Assembly: GCA_963796285.1 (NCBI GenBank)
Contig: CAWCKW010000012.1
Span: 1,600,001 to 1,664,000, forward strand
Origin: Nitrospirota bacterium
Lineage (GTDB): Bacteria > Nitrospirota > UBA9217
Length of the DNA stretch: 64,000 nt
Reading direction: 5' to 3'
Numbering within the stretch: position 1 is the stretch's first letter; each line of letters begins with the position of its first letter. The notes under the pieces are model-generated. The model saw only the letters and a program-made list of their open reading frames with translations. It made no database searches and was not told the origin of the DNA. Below are positions 61,067 through 64,000 of the stretch, piece after piece. The position numbers were made by a program, and so were the translations under genes.

Positions 61067-63820
61067 ATGAAATCATTGTGCTGGTTTGCCGGGTGGTTCC
61101 TGATGATCATGCTTATCTCCCCGGTCCATGCGTCAGCTGGCTCCTATTCCGGGATGACGATAACCCGGATCGAGGTCAAGGACGACCGCGGCGAACCCTG
61201 GCCCAAACCCGGGCAAGTGCTGCCGCTCATCGTGGTGAAGCCGGGAGACCGCTTCTAACCGGCACTGCTGTCCGCGATGGGATCTCGACGCTCTATCTGA
61301 AAGGGATCTTTAAAGACATCCGGGTCGAGGCCTTCCCCGACGATGGCGGCGTGCGTCTCGAATATATCGTGACGCCGATCACGATCGTGGATACGATCTC
61401 CATCCATGGCAATAGCGCGGTGCCCACAGGCACGATCCTGGACATGCTCGCAAGTATCCAGGGGAAGGAACTGCACGAAGAGAAGCTGTCCGCGCTTAAG
61501 GCAGACCTCCTTGCCTATTACCAGTCAGAAGGGTTTTATGACGCGTCCGTGGCCTTCCGAAGCGAACCCCTCAAAGAACCGAATCTGGTTGCCCTCAATG
61601 TAGATATCCGGGAGTCGATTCCGACCCTTCTGTCAGACATCACCTTTTCCGGCAATACCGTGTTCAAGGATAAACAACTCCTCAGGGCCATGAAAAGCAA
61701 AAAAGGCTCGCGACTGAAACGCGAGCTCCTTCTGGACACGGACAAGGAAGCTATCCTGAAAAAATATTTGACGCGGGTTATCCGGTGGCGAAAGTCGGGC
61801 CGGTCGACATCGAGCTTCAAGGACTCTCGTGCATTCGTGCATATCCAGTGCGACGAGGGACCGCGTGTCATTACCCGGTTCACCGGCAACCGCGAATTCA
61901 GCGCCAAAACGCTTACGCAAAACCTGCTGATCTGGTCGGAGCATGACGTCTCGGACTCCGTCGTCGATAGCAGTGTTGATAAGATCAAGGCCCTGTACCG
62001 GGAAAAGGGTTATGCCGAGGTGGCAATAGACGTAATAAAAACAGAGCAACCGGGCCGGCTCGACCTGGAATTCAAAATCCAGGAAGGGCCACGGGTGACG
62101 GTGAAGGAGATCCCGGTCCTGGGAAACACCGTATTCACTGCCAAGGACATCAAAAAGCAGATGGCGCTGCGAGAATCCGGCTGGTTCAGATCACATCCCT
62201 TTCGGGAAGACCTCCTGGACAAGGACGTCGAAAACCTCCGCGATCGGTACCTTGATACCGGCTATTTGTCCGTGGCCGTGAAGCAAAAAACCGTCATGAG
62301 CAGCGACAAAAGCTCGGCATCAGTGATGATCGAGATCGTCGAAGGACCGCAGACCAGGACAGGCAGTATTACGTTTGAAGGGAACACCGCCTTCACCGCG
62401 GCAAAGCTGCTGGACACGGTAATCCTGAAACCGGGCACACCGTTCAACGAACGGCTTATAGACGAGGACAAATACCGGATCCTGATGGCGTACTCAAACA
62501 AGGCATACCTCTATGCCAGGGTGGATGTGGAAAAAACCCCTCATGACGGGACCGTCGACGTCCACTACCGGATCACCGAGGACCGTCCTGTCTCGATCGG
62601 CAGGATCATCCTGCGGGGGAACGTGCGGACCAGTGACGAGGTGATCATGCGCGAACTGCTGGTGAAAGAGGGGGACCCTTACGACTACGGGGCCCTCCTC
62701 ACGAGCCAGCAGCGGATCTACCATTTCGGCTATTTCCGGGTGGCCAGGTTCGATCCCGTTCATCCCGGCGAAAAGGAATACATTACAGACATGCTGTTCA
62801 CGGTCGAAGAAAGACCTGCGGGCGCCGTGGAGTTCAGCGTGGGCTACGGCAGACCTGGACCGGCTCCGGGGTTCCGTGGAGGTCTCGTACCGGAACCTCT
62901 GGGGCACGGCACGGTACGCGAGCCTTCGGTACGAGCAGAGCGACATCCTCAAGCGCGCGATCTTTAATTTTCAGCAACCCTGGATCCTGGGCCATAAACT
63001 CGAGAACAAGTTCAGCCTCGTGTGGTCTGATTCCGAGAAGCTGAACTCCGACACCCGCGAGATCTATTATAAATCGCGCAAAACAGTTGCCTCCTTCGGA
63101 GTTGAAAAGACCTTCAAGAATCTGACGCCTTCCCTGACGTACCAGTTCGAGAATGTCGTCAACTATGACGTGCTGCAGGCGGCTGAGCTCACCACTGAGG
63201 ACAGCGGCCGCGTGCTGGTGAGCAGTCTGAGTCCTGCCCTGGTCTGGGACCTGCGCGACGATGTATTCAACCCGAAGAGAGGGGCGCTCTACGGGATCAT
63301 TCTGAAGGAGGCTTTGCGGGAGCTGTGGTCGCAGGCGGACTTCTCAAAACTCACCGTCCAGGGAAGCTGGTTCCTGCCGATCGATACCGCGGTGCTCGCT
63401 TTATCAGTACGTGCAGGAATGGCATGGCCCTTCCGCGATACAATCGAAGTCCCGCTCCACGAGCGGTTCTATGCGGGCGGCAGCACCACGGTGCGGGGCT
63501 TCACCCAGGACTCCATCGGCCCGAGCGGCGTCGATGCGAACGGGAACCTGATCCCGACGGGAGGATCGAGCATGATAGTACTGAATGTGGAACTCCGTCT
63601 GAATCCCGGAGAGGGATTCGGCGTCGTCCTCTTTTGCGATGCCGGTAATGTGTGGGTGTCACAAGAGATCGACGTTGGAAACCTCCGTTCCGCGTGCGGC
63701 CCAGGGATCCGGTACGGCACACCCGTCGGCCCCCTGAGGATCGACTACGGACAGAAGACGCACCGGCTTCCCGGGGAAAGTCCGGGAGAACTTCATTTCA
63801 ATATCGGCAATACGTTCTGA
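61067..63820 (+). CDS. Omp85-family (BamA/TamA-like) outer membrane protein with multiple POTRA domains (frameshifted)
   Basis: Signal peptide, repeated GN...Y...GY POTRA units, RFYAGGSTTVRGF, TPVGPLRIDYG, C-terminal Phe. Confidence 0.9.
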
Positions 63821-63937
63821 CAGGAGATTACGCAGTACAAAGTTCAAAAAATTCAGCGTGGCCCTCTTCTTGGCCATTGTGGGAACAACTGCCGTTCTGA
63901 GGGTTAAATCCATGAGATTTGTGGAATCGGAGATCAC

Positions 63938-64000
63938 ATGAGCAGAATGCTTCATTGGGGTATACTGACAGCTCTCCTTGTCATCGCCCTCCTGTTCCCC
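63938..64000 (+). CDS. 5' start of a gene with a hydrophobic N-terminus (runs off window)
   Basis: GGAG RBS followed by MSRMLHWGILTALLVIALLFP. Confidence 0.4.
   Translation, partial: MSRMLHWGILTALLVIALLFP

Overview
Bacterial chromosomal window, moderately GC-rich. Gene content suggests an anaerobe related to Nitrospirota or Deltaproteobacteria (inference only). Core genes: leuS 5' part, der, csp-RRM-rpsU, a type IV pilus pilMNOPQ operon, glgC, pepA, rlpA, apt, fumarase/mdh, a PilB/GspE ATPase, proS-ispG-rseP-dxr-cdsA-uppS, a GH57 enzyme, an ABC exporter, an NtrX-like regulator, a cysteine desulfurase, cysK, recN, a lipoate ligase and a TamA/BamA-like gene. Many genes carry 1-nt frameshifts in patches, most likely assembly errors. 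Three things stand out. (1) At 56.8-60.9 kb there is an integrase-less integron cassette array (CALIN) next to a truncated IS. It has three 60-bp attC sites, one longer attC and one remnant, and carries membrane proteins, a toxin-antitoxin pair, rsgA, a TPR protein and a cupin. (2) At 11.8-19.3 kb an intact Ni-CO dehydrogenase lies next to a HydABC/Bfu-type NuoE/F/G-like module that has an extra stand-alone Fe-S subunit and no catalytic subunit of its own. (3) Several families of dispersed palindromic intergenic elements occur (triple CGCnRAG arms; heptamer arms), and some have been absorbed into coding sequence. No rRNA, tRNA or CRISPR array was seen. All calls come from reading the sequence; no database searches were run.
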